This document shows, piece by piece, positions 30,327-39,119 of a DNA stretch of 64,000 nt. Numbering within the stretch: position 1 is the first letter of the stretch; each line of letters opens with the position of its first letter. The notes beneath the pieces are model-generated. The model had not been told where the DNA came from, made no database searches, and was given only the letters and a program-made list of their open reading frames with translations. The stretch is from a virus. A program made the translations under genes and the position numbers. Where the stretch lies: IMG/VR virus record IMGVR_UViG_3300036715_002050, positions 32,001 to 96,000 of that record; one strand, given 5' to 3'.

Positions 30327-32252
30327 TTAGTCTCCCGTAACATTCAGCACCGTACTACCTTGAGGTCCGTGATCGTTTGTGTAGCCCGTAGGTGGCATGA
30401 AGTCTGGCCACATGTCTTCTGTCGTGTTTAATATTTGCGATTCAGGGATATTCAAACCGTTTGAGATCCCAATGTTGGTTGAAAACGAAATTGTACCTGT
30501 CAAACTTCTGGAGAAAGAATGAGTTATATCCTCGATGTGGTACAAGATGTTATCAAACTCTAAATTGTCGCCAATACAAATCGGGTCAAAGATTCCCATA
30601 CAAGAAATAGAACCACTGTAACGCAGATGATTAGACATAACTCTATCAGCAATTAAACGCGTCCATTTTACCGCTTCTTCTCCAGCCGAGTTGATGTTAG
30701 AAGAGGTCACTACCGTTTGAAAAACGTAAGGCAACACGCCATTAGCTTTCATATTGATGAAATCAATCGACGCAGGGAAAGCGGCTTTTTCAACCTCTAA
30801 CGTATCCTTGTCTGAGCCCGGAGAAATTCCACCAGACGATAGCACTTCCACGTAGTTAGCTCGCTGTTCGGAACTACGGCCAACCTGTAATCCCATAACC
30901 AGTCTATCCGGAATCACCCATCTTGGCAGCGCGTAGTATTGACTGGTTCCTTCGATGATAGCAGCACAAAAAGGGGTGGAAAGCGGGACTTGGCGGGCGA
31001 TGATGTAAGGATAGATCAAACCATCTGGACCCAATCTTAACGTAGTATACATTTCATTAATTGGTCGATTTACACTTGAATCAACGATGGACCACAAGGG
31101 CTCGTTGGTCAAGGGATTCATATAAGCCGAGTCACGACGACCGTCTAGTGGCTGGTCTGTGCGATTAATAAACCCGCTAGGTAACGCCGGGTTATTTTCA
31201 CTTCTAAAAAAAGGGTCAACTAATAAATTGGGAATTTCTGAATCCTTATTGGGAACTGGATAGAATCCCGTAGCGTCATAGTGTTGATTACCCCCTAGAT
31301 ATTTGATAACATCGGTGTATGTCGGAGTATTCGAAGAAACACTACCGAAGAATCCAGCAATCACTTTCGGGATGATAAACGATCCGTTATAGTGACGGGC
31401 TGAATCAAAGTTTCCCGGAGTGTCTCGCTCACTATCGCCCGGCCCCTTGCCCAAAAAGATAGAAAACATCAAAGGAATGTAGTTATCGATTTCGTAAAGG
31501 ATCGGGTCGTTAGTGGCTTCTAAGTTTACTACTTGAGAGGCCATGTTAGTCAACCCTTCCAATTGCGTGTCGGTGGTGCGTTGGTAATATGGGTCGTAGT
31601 AAATCTTAGATCCTAACTCGCGGAACATCGTGCCACTCACTTGGATTCTACGACTTTTAACCCCTTCTGCAGTTACTTGGATGCTTTTTGTTATACTATT
31701 GATTCTGCCCAAAAACTTTAATCCATTTTTGGGGTCATTGATAGCGGATTTGGTGTCTGCGGCAGCTTGAATTGCAACACGTAGAGCTTGTGCACGGTCC
31801 GCTCCATCTACGATGCAGCAAAAAACCCAATCGTCTGGATAAACATTGAACATGACTTGGTTATTAGCGTCGACCAAGGATAAAGAAATATTGTGGATAT
31901 AGTTGCTTTTGTTAGAATTGATCGTACCGCTTACCAAAAAGTCTTCCAAAAAGAAGACTTTTTGTTTGATAGCGTCGGCTACGGCTTCGTCCGAAGTACG
32001 TTGAGGATCAGAGTTATGACCGTCTCTATTACCAAAGTCGTAAGTGGAAGCGCTTAACCATCTAACAACTCCACATACCACCTGTGGCGCGCGAGTTGAT
32101 GCAGCTTCGTCTGTGGTCGAATCTACTAAAAAACGATACGCCTTGGGTAAAGAGACGGCTCCGACATTCGGCTGCGGGGAAAAGTTAAAAATGTCGGACA
32201 CTGTAGGTCTGCGCGGAATTTCATTTAGTAAATTATCGAGATAAGACGCCAT
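30327..32252 (-). CDS. Baseplate hub-like protein
   Basis: Lies between the spike and tape measure genes. C-terminal IGDNL..YHIEDITHSF. Confidence 0.55.
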   Translation of the reverse strand: MASYLDNLLNEIPRRPTVSDIFNFSPQPNVGAVSLPKAYRFLVDSTTDEAASTRAPQVVCGVVRWLSASTYDFGNRDGHNSDPQRTSDEAVADAIKQKVFFLEDFLVSGTINSNKSNYIHNISLSLVDANNQVMFNVYPDDWVFCCIVDGADRAQALRVAIQAAADTKSAINDPKNGLKFLGRINSITKSIQVTAEGVKSRRIQVSGTMFRELGSKIYYDPYYQRTTDTQLEGLTNMASQVVNLEATNDPILYEIDNYIPLMFSIFLGKGPGDSERDTPGNFDSARHYNGSFIIPKVIAGFFGSVSSNTPTYTDVIKYLGGNQHYDATGFYPVPNKDSEIPNLLVDPFFRSENNPALPSGFINRTDQPLDGRRDSAYMNPLTNEPLWSIVDSSVNRPINEMYTTLRLGPDGLIYPYIIARQVPLSTPFCAAIIEGTSQYYALPRWVIPDRLVMGLQVGRSSEQRANYVEVLSSGGISPGSDKDTLEVEKAAFPASIDFINMKANGVLPYVFQTVVTSSNINSAGEEAVKWTRLIADRVMSNHLRYSGSISCMGIFDPICIGDNLEFDNILYHIEDITHSFSRSLTGTISFSTNIGISNGLNIPESQILNTTEDMWPDFMPPTGYTNDHGPQGSTVLNVTGD

Positions 32253-32258
32253 GATTCC

Positions 32259-34655
32259 TTAGTGTTGATTATGTAACAAATTAACTAATACGTCGTCTAA
32301 CGCTTTCAGGTGATCGGCCAGGCTCTTAGCAACCTTTCCTACGTTAGAAAGCGGATCTCCATTTGGGTTTTGTCCGTTTTCCATATCTTGTCGGGTCTGA
32401 ACTCCGATATTCTTTTGACGGTTAGCAGTGTAAGAACGGATCGTAATAACGTTACCGTCTGCATCACGCATAGGTTGCCCGTCGGGCCCGATCATCGGCT
32501 TGCTTAGTTCTTGTTCGTTAGCTCCTTCGACGCGAGCTTTGTTCCCCTGGTTCGCTTCGTCTAATTCGTTGCCGCCGTGAGAATAGCGGGCGCCCTTTTT
32601 AAAAGCGACCGGAGAACCGTTCCCCATAAAGTCGTTCCAGAACCCTTGACCGGTGCCATATTGGCCATTGCCGAATTCACGTGCAAAAGCCAACTTCATT
32701 CCTTCTTGCTGTTCTGGTGAGGCATGCTGTAAAATCGATTTACGTTCTTCTAAACTCTTGCCAGTCAACATCGCGCGCATCTTAGGATCGATTCCGCCGT
32801 TGTTTAAGAAAGCAGTAAACTTATCGTTATTGATTTGTTGCATCAACGAGTCAACTTGAGATTGACTCATCCCTTGAGCTTTACCGTAGTTTGACAAAGC
32901 TTCGATGCGCTTTTCAAAAGGATTGGCATTAGCAACAATTTCTGACAAATGGTTGTTGTGGATACCGGCAGCGCCCAAGTCACGGATAGAAGCCGACAAA
33001 GCCTTTTGGTGGAAATAACCACCACCGCTCACAGCAGAACCAGCGGCTTGATAACCACTAACTGCGTTTTTGATATCCAAACGATCCATGGACTTGGAAT
33101 TCCACATACCCAAAATGGCGTCGGCTAATCCGGTACCTTGACGACCACCTACACCATTGGATGTTGTTTCAATCGTCTTTAATACGTCATCGGCCATTTG
33201 CGAATCATCTAACCCGCGTGAAACAGCTTTGGCTAAATAATCAGCAAATTGATTGTTGGCACCATTTGTTTGGCTACCGATAGTGGTCCCCGCCCCCCCG
33301 TTGATCTGGGACAAGGCGCTCAAGACTCCACCAGAAGTGGGGGCGCTAATCCCCGCACGGACCCCTTCAAACATAGACCCCATCATTCGGGAGGCACGAG
33401 TATTACCGGCAGTTTCATTAAAACCACCAGCCATCCCTATAGATTGAGCCGCAGTTAGACCAAAGGCTCTACCATAGGACGTGTCTCTATGATAACCAGA
33501 TCCACTTCTTAACCCATACATTACAGCCGTTTCTGCTGTAGCTCCAGCTTGATCAAATGCCGCATTTAACATCGGATTGCTAGCCATGATTTTTTGCCAT
33601 GCATCTACCAGCGCCGTCGCTTGCGCTCCTTCGGCACCACCCGTTAAATTCCCCTTGATCCCTGCCCCGCTGTTTGTTATAACGTCCTTAAGCCCTCCAA
33701 TACCCGCCGCCACCTTTTCTAAAGCTGACGATGAAGAGTCTCTTCCTCCATTAGATTGCTTTTCTAAAGCGCGATATTCAGATTCAGGTATAGAGGTTTT
33801 GCCATTCGGGAAAGCGTGTCCTGCATCTGCATAAGACATGCCATTTAACGTACGGACTCGAAAGCTAACGGGCGCTTGATTTTGTGCGTAAACATTACCA
33901 CCAGCAGCACTGAATCCCATGTCGCCAATTTGATTAGCAACATCCATATACTTAGCGCGCCCTTGCGGATTCTTCAAGTCGGCAAACGCATTACGCTGTG
34001 CAGTGTTTGCTCCGGTATAATAAGCAAACTTAGCGTCTGTACCAGAAGTTTGCCCAAGTAAGAACGAGTTAAACCCTTGACTCGCAGCAGCAGCACCCAA
34101 CGGGATCGAGGCGCTATTTTGTGAAGCGTTCAACAAAGCTTGCGGAGCAGCAATGATGGTTTTTAACGCCCACATTTGCGCGGCAGCTTCCCCACCTTCT
34201 CCGAACATATTTCTAGTCAAAAAACCGCTGCCGCCGCCCCCGCCGCCACTCGAACCCGGCCCTTTGTTGGACCAGTTTTCTCCAGAGTCATTCCAGCTTT
34301 TGTGGACTGGAGGGATACCACCATCCCCTCCCGGGACTAAACGCGGTCCACGATACCCACTACCCATTTCTGTAGGACCACTCGGGCCGATAGCTCCACG
34401 AGGACCGCCAGCAGTAGGTCCCATTTGTTGCGCCGCTTGTCCGACGTTTTCATAGGCTTGTTCTAACTGCTTCAAGTCTTTGATATAGTCACGTACAGGC
34501 TTCGGGTCGAAAGCGCTCTTAACGCCCGCCCCCAAAGCCTTAACAGCCGCTTGCGCACCTTTGAAACCTTTGTTAATACTCTCCAAGACCTTCTTGATTT
34601 CATCACTGCCCGTGGTCTTGAACGAGGTTTCAATTTTAATGGATTTAGTAGTCAT
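32259..34655 (-). CDS. Tape measure-like protein
   Basis: Ala/Gly-rich helical 798-aa ORF following the chaperone-like genes. Confidence 0.55.
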   Translation of the reverse strand: MTTKSIKIETSFKTTGSDEIKKVLESINKGFKGAQAAVKALGAGVKSAFDPKPVRDYIKDLKQLEQAYENVGQAAQQMGPTAGGPRGAIGPSGPTEMGSGYRGPRLVPGGDGGIPPVHKSWNDSGENWSNKGPGSSGGGGGGSGFLTRNMFGEGGEAAAQMWALKTIIAAPQALLNASQNSASIPLGAAAASQGFNSFLLGQTSGTDAKFAYYTGANTAQRNAFADLKNPQGRAKYMDVANQIGDMGFSAAGGNVYAQNQAPVSFRVRTLNGMSYADAGHAFPNGKTSIPESEYRALEKQSNGGRDSSSSALEKVAAGIGGLKDVITNSGAGIKGNLTGGAEGAQATALVDAWQKIMASNPMLNAAFDQAGATAETAVMYGLRSGSGYHRDTSYGRAFGLTAAQSIGMAGGFNETAGNTRASRMMGSMFEGVRAGISAPTSGGVLSALSQINGGAGTTIGSQTNGANNQFADYLAKAVSRGLDDSQMADDVLKTIETTSNGVGGRQGTGLADAILGMWNSKSMDRLDIKNAVSGYQAAGSAVSGGGYFHQKALSASIRDLGAAGIHNNHLSEIVANANPFEKRIEALSNYGKAQGMSQSQVDSLMQQINNDKFTAFLNNGGIDPKMRAMLTGKSLEERKSILQHASPEQQEGMKLAFAREFGNGQYGTGQGFWNDFMGNGSPVAFKKGARYSHGGNELDEANQGNKARVEGANEQELSKPMIGPDGQPMRDADGNVITIRSYTANRQKNIGVQTRQDMENGQNPNGDPLSNVGKVAKSLADHLKALDDVLVNLLHNQH

Positions 34656-34683
34656 CGTTTCCCTTTAACAAAAGATTACTACC

Positions 34684-35307
34684 TTACCACTTATGCGGCG
34701 TACCCGGAGGAGCTTTGTAAGACAATGGCGCACTTCCGTCTAATAAATCGTCGGGTCCTTCGATCTCGGGCAAGTCACCCAATTCATCTCCAATCAACTG
34801 TACGTCCGACGGTTCTTCTACAATCGCCGGTTTGGGCTTAGCTTTCTTCACTTCCCCACCCAACATTCCCATCGTGTCTTTGAACTTAGCTAGCTGCTCT
34901 TGGATACGCAAGATTTCTTTGGACGGTCCTTCTTGAGCAGCTTCTTCACGAGCTTCTTCCAAGAAACGACGTTCTGCATCCAATTCTTCTTCTTCTTCAG
35001 CGGCCATTTGCGCGAGTTCAGCCCGCGTAGAAATCGTCTTACGCACAGTCTGACGAAAATCCCACTCGTTCATCTCTTCAAAATGACTTTCGTAATAATG
35101 CTGCAAAACGTAGGGAAGCGGCAATTCTTCTACAGCCGGTAAAGCCATGAAGAAGTTTTTGGAAAACCAGCGCTGGATGGTTCGCAGCGTATAGTCCGAA
35201 TCCGGTTCGTCCAATAAGTCTTTCTGTACACACCATAATGCATCAATTTGGATGCACTTAACGAGATCCAATTCTAATTCGTTATCCTTAGATTGGTCGT
35301 TAGCCAT
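34684..35307 (-). CDS. Tail assembly chaperone-like protein
   Basis: Acidic, immediately upstream of the tape measure gene. Confidence 0.45.
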   Translation of the reverse strand: MANDQSKDNELELDLVKCIQIDALWCVQKDLLDEPDSDYTLRTIQRWFSKNFFMALPAVEELPLPYVLQHYYESHFEEMNEWDFRQTVRKTISTRAELAQMAAEEEEELDAERRFLEEAREEAAQEGPSKEILRIQEQLAKFKDTMGMLGGEVKKAKPKPAIVEEPSDVQLIGDELGDLPEIEGPDDLLDGSAPLSYKAPPGTPHKW

Positions 35308-35310
35308 GGA

Positions 35311-35727
35311 TTACACCAAGCCGTCTTTCTTGTCTTCTTCGGCGCGCAACTGTGGGGCTTGCTTTTGGGCCTTCTCTTGACGAGCTTTCATGTCTTTCAC
35401 CCACGGATCCATTACTTGTCCATAGACACCGTACAGTACGTTCCAATCCAACATATCTGCACCCATACGCATTTCAGCCCACCACTGTGGCCACTCGACC
35501 AATCGTGCCTGAACCATCGCTAACGCTTCGGCCTTGTTATCTAGCTCTTGAGTAACGTCATCCTTCACGACAAAGTCTGGACCCAATAGCTCTTTCTTTT
35601 TGCGATTGTAGGACATGTCTTCAGATAGCCCCAAGTGAATCTTGGACTTGAACTTCCCTACCCACGGAGTTTCCGTGATTGCACCGATAATCGTGATTTC
35701 GAATTGATGAATATTATTAAAAGCCAT
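35311..35727 (-). CDS. Tail assembly chaperone-like protein
   Basis: AGGAG SD and genomic position. Confidence 0.45.
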   Translation of the reverse strand: MAFNNIHQFEITIIGAITETPWVGKFKSKIHLGLSEDMSYNRKKKELLGPDFVVKDDVTQELDNKAEALAMVQARLVEWPQWWAEMRMGADMLDWNVLYGVYGQVMDPWVKDMKARQEKAQKQAPQLRAEEDKKDGLV

Positions 35728-35845
35728 GACTGCTCCTATAGGTCGACGTTGCAACGGGGGTGGACTGGTGCTACAATTGGGATTGTCCCAGGAAGCGATT
35801 ATAACACGCCGTCAACTGTGACCTATAGTAGATTAAGAGGACAAC

Positions 35846-36085
35846 ATGGACGAACAATCTTTTGCAGGTATCGACTGGTCGCTATTCCAAACCAAGAAAG
35901 AAGAACCCGCCAAACACCCAACCCCACCCGTTCCGCTCAAGCGAGTTGACAAGTGGATCCAGTCGTGTTACACCTGCGGCGTACCATCACAAACGATGCC
36001 CATGGCCGAAGAGATGTACTCTACCGCAAAAGGCACTTATCAAATCAAGGTGTGTTTATCATGCACGCGCCACTTGAGCCCGTAG
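35846..36085 (+). CDS. Small Zn-binding hypothetical protein
   Basis: CYTC...CLSC, GAGG SD. Confidence 0.6.
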   Translation: MDEQSFAGIDWSLFQTKKEEPAKHPTPPVPLKRVDKWIQSCYTCGVPSQTMPMAEEMYSTAKGTYQIKVCLSCTRHLSP

Positions 36086-36155
36086 AGCGTACCCGGCGTT
36101 TTGGATCACGGTCGTCTTCTACATCATCATCGTATGGTTGGTCATAGGACTATAA

Positions 36156-36830
36156 ATGTCTCGACTAAATGAAAAAGCAAAGCGGCTGGGGCAAACCGAA
36201 CCGGTCCGTCCGGTACAAACTACTTACACCTCACCTCCCGCCCCCGGCAAGATGACTCTGGAATTGGTGCGCCAGTGGTGCGACGGTGCCATCGCCAAGG
36301 CTCCCCGGATTTTGTTGTGGCCCAACAAGACCTTATCCGAACAGTCGATGGACTTGGAAGTAGACTTATCTACGCCCGAAAAAGTGGCGGACTACAAAGC
36401 CACCATGAAAGACTTGCAAGACATCTTGCACCAGGCTATGGTAGAAGACAACGGGGTGGGGTTAGCCTGCATCCAATTGGGTTTGCCACTTCGAGCGTTT
36501 GTGATTGCCCGAGACGAGCGAGATCCGTTGAAGGGGGCAGAGCTATACATCAACCCGGCATACACTTCGTTGACGCGCCGCCGAGGAATGAACGAAGGCT
36601 GCTTGTCGTTCCCGAACCAATTCATTGACGTACCGCGTTACGATGCCGTCCAAGCCGCGTTTTTAGATGTTGACACCAACCCCCGGGATGTGACACTATC
36701 TGGGTTCGTCGCCCACGCCTACCAGCACGAGTTTGATCATGTGATCGGGGTGACGCTAGCCGAGTTGACTTCTCCAGAGAACCGGTCTAAGATGCGTGCT
36801 GAAGCTGTCCGCAACAAGAAACGCCGCTGA
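36156..36830 (+). CDS. def: Peptide deformylase
   Basis: GVGLACIQLG, EGCLS, QHEFDH. Confidence 0.93.
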   Translation: MSRLNEKAKRLGQTEPVRPVQTTYTSPPAPGKMTLELVRQWCDGAIAKAPRILLWPNKTLSEQSMDLEVDLSTPEKVADYKATMKDLQDILHQAMVEDNGVGLACIQLGLPLRAFVIARDERDPLKGAELYINPAYTSLTRRRGMNEGCLSFPNQFIDVPRYDAVQAAFLDVDTNPRDVTLSGFVAHAYQHEFDHVIGVTLAELTSPENRSKMRAEAVRNKKRR

Positions 36831-36844
36831 CGCAAAGTAACCAG

Positions 36845-36966
36845 TTGACACGCTGAACCGGATGTGCGATGATGCTTTCACGGTCGCAACGCGGACCGCC
36901 GAACAAAAAGAAAACGACGGGACGCGGTTGAAAGCAGTTGACACGGCAACCGAAACGAAGTAAGAT
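36845..36966 (+). promoter_or_regulatory. Two tandem sigma70-like promoters
   Basis: TTGACA-17-GATGAT (36845) and TTGACA-17-TAAGAT (36938). Confidence 0.6.
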
Positions 36967-37024
36967 GGTGTCACAGTAAAGCAAGGCATGCCGCCGAGCT
37001 TAAAACCAACTAAAGGAAAATACC

Positions 37025-37384
37025 ATGGCCAAGAATGTAACGCTGTTGACGAACTTTGTGAAGACCTTGACGAACACCCGCAAGTATCGTATCATCACCA
37101 ACGATGTATCCCGCTTCACGGGAGAGACGACGTTCAACTCTGCCGGTAACGCGGTGGTGCCCCAGGTTGACACTGACCCACATCGTATGCGCTTGACGGC
37201 GGCGATGGCACACTTTGCCGGGATGACGGTGAAGGAACTGCGCAAGGCTTCGCAGGCAGAGATCAACCGCTTCGTGACCAAGACGTACGGTCTGCGTAAG
37301 GACTCTGTTGAAGGAGTGTTGGCGTACTACAACTTCACTGGTCGTCAGCATGCGGCGAACTTGATTACGTCGCGTTATCTGTAA
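37025..37384 (+). CDS. Hypothetical protein
   Basis: AAGGA SD, strongly biased codons. Confidence 0.7.
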   Translation: MAKNVTLLTNFVKTLTNTRKYRIITNDVSRFTGETTFNSAGNAVVPQVDTDPHRMRLTAAMAHFAGMTVKELRKASQAEINRFVTKTYGLRKDSVEGVLAYYNFTGRQHAANLITSRYL

Positions 37385-37541
37385 TCGCCCGTAGCATGGG
37401 TTAAGTACCAGTTTAGAAGCTTTTAAAATAATTGTTGTCGTTTTCAACGATTTTTGTTCACGTTTTCTAAACCGGTACTTAACCTTCTGTGGTATGATTC
37501 TGTAGTCTTCATTACGTGATGCGGCTTCAGTGCACACGTTT

Positions 37542-37615
37542 GCCCAGGTAGCGCAACGGTAGGAGGCAGCGGACTCAAAATCCGTACAGTGTGGGTTCGA
37601 TTCCCACCCTGGGCA
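37542..37615 (+). tRNA. tRNA-Leu(CAA), short variable arm
   Basis: Cloverleaf, GCGGA-CTCAAAA-TCCGT. Confidence 0.9.
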
Positions 37616-37678
37616 TTGCCGTAACGTTCTTTCGTAGTACGGAGAATAGAATAGTTGTATGTAGTAGAAGTATTTGTT

Positions 37679-37749
37679 GGACCTAACTGGCTGGAGCCAG
37701 CTTGAAGCTGTTAACTTCAAAGTGGTGTGTTCGATTCACACTAGGTTCG
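37679..37749 (+). tRNA. tRNA-Asn(GTT), atypical D arm
   Basis: TGAAG-CTGTTAA-CTTCA. D arm CTGGC-TGGA-GCCAG. Confidence 0.75.
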
Positions 37750-37752
37750 TTT

Positions 37753-37823
37753 CTAGGGTTAGTGTAGCGGTAACACAATAGTTTTGGGAACTATTATCGT
37801 CGGTTCGATCCCGACACCTTAGA
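37753..37823 (+). tRNA. tRNA-Pro(TGG)
   Basis: ATAGT-TTTGGGA-ACTAT. Confidence 0.85.
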
Positions 37824-37833
37824 CTTATAGTAT

Positions 37834-37904
37834 GCGGGCATAGTGTAGCGGTAACACGACATTCTGCCAAGTTGTAGTCACAGGTTCGTTCCCTGTTGCC
37901 CGCG
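37834..37904 (+). tRNA. tRNA-Gly(GCC)
   Basis: Cloverleaf, CTGCCAA loop. Confidence 0.8.
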
Positions 37905-37914
37905 TGTTGTGTAT

Positions 37915-37987
37915 GCCCGTGTGATGGAACGGTAGACATGTTGGTCTTAGAAACCAAATCTTGGGGGTTCGATTCCCTCCATGGGCA
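37915..37987 (+). tRNA. tRNA-Leu(TAG), short variable arm
   Basis: TTGGT-CTTAGAA-ACCAA. Confidence 0.88.
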
Positions 37988-37992
37988 CTTAT

Positions 37993-38064
37993 GGTCCTGT
38001 AGCTTATATGGTAGAGCACTGGCTTGAAACCCCAGACAATCAGATTCGAGTTCTGACGGGACCA
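37993..38064 (+). tRNA. tRNA-Phe(GAA)
   Basis: TTGAAAC loop. Confidence 0.8.
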
Positions 38065-38077
38065 TTGTTGTAGTTGT

Positions 38078-38148
38078 GCGGTCGTGGTGTAGTGGTAACA
38101 CTAATGGCTTCCACCCATTCATCGTCGGTTCGAACCCGACCGACCGCG
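38078..38148 (+). tRNA. tRNA-Gly(TCC)
   Basis: AATGG-CTTCCAC-CCATT. Confidence 0.88.
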
Positions 38149-38222
38149 TAGCGGAGTAGCCCAACCAGAGGCACCGGGATATAAACCGGCACAGTGTGGG
38201 TTCGACTCCCACCGTGCGATGC
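38146..38222 (+). tRNA. Degenerate Leu-type tRNA, anticodon unresolved
   Basis: D and T arms resemble the tRNA at 37542. 8-nt loop GATATAAA, weak acceptor stem. Confidence 0.45.
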
Positions 38223-38232
38223 AACAATGTTT

Positions 38233-38304
38233 GGGACATAAGGCAAGTGGTCAGCCGGTTGGTTTACACCCAATTCCTAGAAGGTTCGATTCCTTCATGT
38301 CCCA
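38233..38304 (+). tRNA. tRNA-Val(TAC)
   Basis: GTTGG-TTTACAC-CCAAT. Confidence 0.82.
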
Positions 38305-38328
38305 TGTACGTAACACGTAGTAAATAGC

Positions 38329-38402
38329 GCGCTTGTCGTATAACGGCTTATTATATCTGACTCTTACTCAGACTGATGGGGGTTCAAATCCCTCCAAGCA
38401 CA
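38329..38402 (+). tRNA. tRNA-Lys(CTT)
   Basis: TCTGA-CTCTTAC-TCAGA. Confidence 0.85.
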
Positions 38403-38405
38403 TAC

Positions 38406-38478
38406 GGGTCTTTAGTATAATGGTTATTACATCTGACTTTTAATCAGACCGATGTGGGTTCGAATCCCACAGGACCCA
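38406..38478 (+). tRNA. tRNA-Lys(TTT)
   Basis: TCTGA-CTTTTAA-TCAGA. Confidence 0.92.
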
Positions 38479-38485
38479 TTGTTGT

Positions 38486-38557
38486 GCCCCATTAGCTCAA
38501 CGGCAGAGCGACCGGCTTTTTCCCGGTAAGATCCATGTTCGATTCATGGGTGGGGCG
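38486..38557 (+). tRNA. tRNA with apparent TTT anticodon and all-pyrimidine loop (identity uncertain)
   Basis: ACCGG-CTTTTTC-CCGGT, body Thr-like. Confidence 0.65.
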
Positions 38558-38564
38558 ATGTTTT

Positions 38565-38637
38565 GGACGTGACGCCTAATGGTTTGGGCACGCAGCCGAT
38601 TACTGCGCACTAGGGAGTTCAATTCTCTCCACGTCTA
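38565..38637 (+). tRNA. tRNA-Ile(GAT)
   Basis: CGCAG-CCGATTA-CTGCG. Confidence 0.75.
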
Positions 38638-38708
38638 CTTATCCGGTGCTAGGAACGCGTCCTAGGTAAAGCGCAACGGTCGGAGCAGCACGCCGGGCAT
38701 TGTTGTAC

Positions 38709-38791
38709 GGACGTCTCCGTCAATGGCAGACAAGCATCTTCGAACGGTGCTGGCGCGGTAACACGCGATGGTTCGATTCCATAGGCGTCCT
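38709..38791 (+). tRNA. tRNA-Ser(CGA) with 8/4 fold
   Basis: GGACGTCT/AGGCGTCC acceptor, ATGG/CCAT T stem, long variable arm. Confidence 0.7.
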
Positions 38792-38802
38792 TAGTTGTAT
38801 GC

Positions 38803-38891
38803 GGAATTGTGGGGGAGCGGTTTAACCCATTGTCTTGGAACGGCAAAGGCGGTCGCAAGACCGTCCGAGAGTTCGAATCTCTCCGATTCCT
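38803..38891 (+). tRNA. tRNA-Ser(GGA)
   Basis: TTGTC-TTGGAAC-GGCAA, long variable arm. Confidence 0.88.
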
Positions 38892-38969
38892 TTGTTAAGC
38901 TTTTTGTGTCGTACCGGACCTGTCCCGATAGCGGTTTAGTAATAATCACGCTAGGAGTACGACTTTAAC

Positions 38970-39042
38970 CGTGATTTAGTGTAAAAGAGCACGTGACCAC
39001 CCTAAGGTCTTAGTCCCAGTGGAATGCTGGGAATCACACCCA
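38970..39042 (+). tRNA. Non-canonical tRNA (CCT at anticodon position), encoded CCA
   Basis: C1:A72 mismatch, loop ACCCTAA, T loop TGGAATG, ends C-CCA. Confidence 0.5.
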
Positions 39043-39046
39043 TTTT

Positions 39047-39118
39047 GGACCAGTAGCCTAGCGGATAGGCCGAAGCCTTCTAAACTTCTCAACGCAGGTT
39101 CGAATCCTGCCTGGTTCG
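39047..39118 (+). tRNA. tRNA-Arg(TCT)
   Basis: CTTCTAA loop. Confidence 0.85.
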
Positions 39119-39119
39119 T

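Noticed and set aside
34684-35727. Read-through fusion of the two tail chaperone-like genes (TAA TCC ATG in frame)
   Set aside because: The stop is TAA, no ochre suppressor or slippery site was seen, and the frame match may be chance.
118-36830. Genome-wide TAG recoding (code 15)
   Set aside because: Long replication and structural genes are intact in the standard code.
38643-38697. SRP RNA
   Set aside because: Only partial resemblance (GGAGCAGC), without the conserved helix with GNRA loop.
38970-39042. Second amber suppressor (CTA)
   Set aside because: Stem register GACC/GGTC puts CCT, not CTA, at the centre of the loop.
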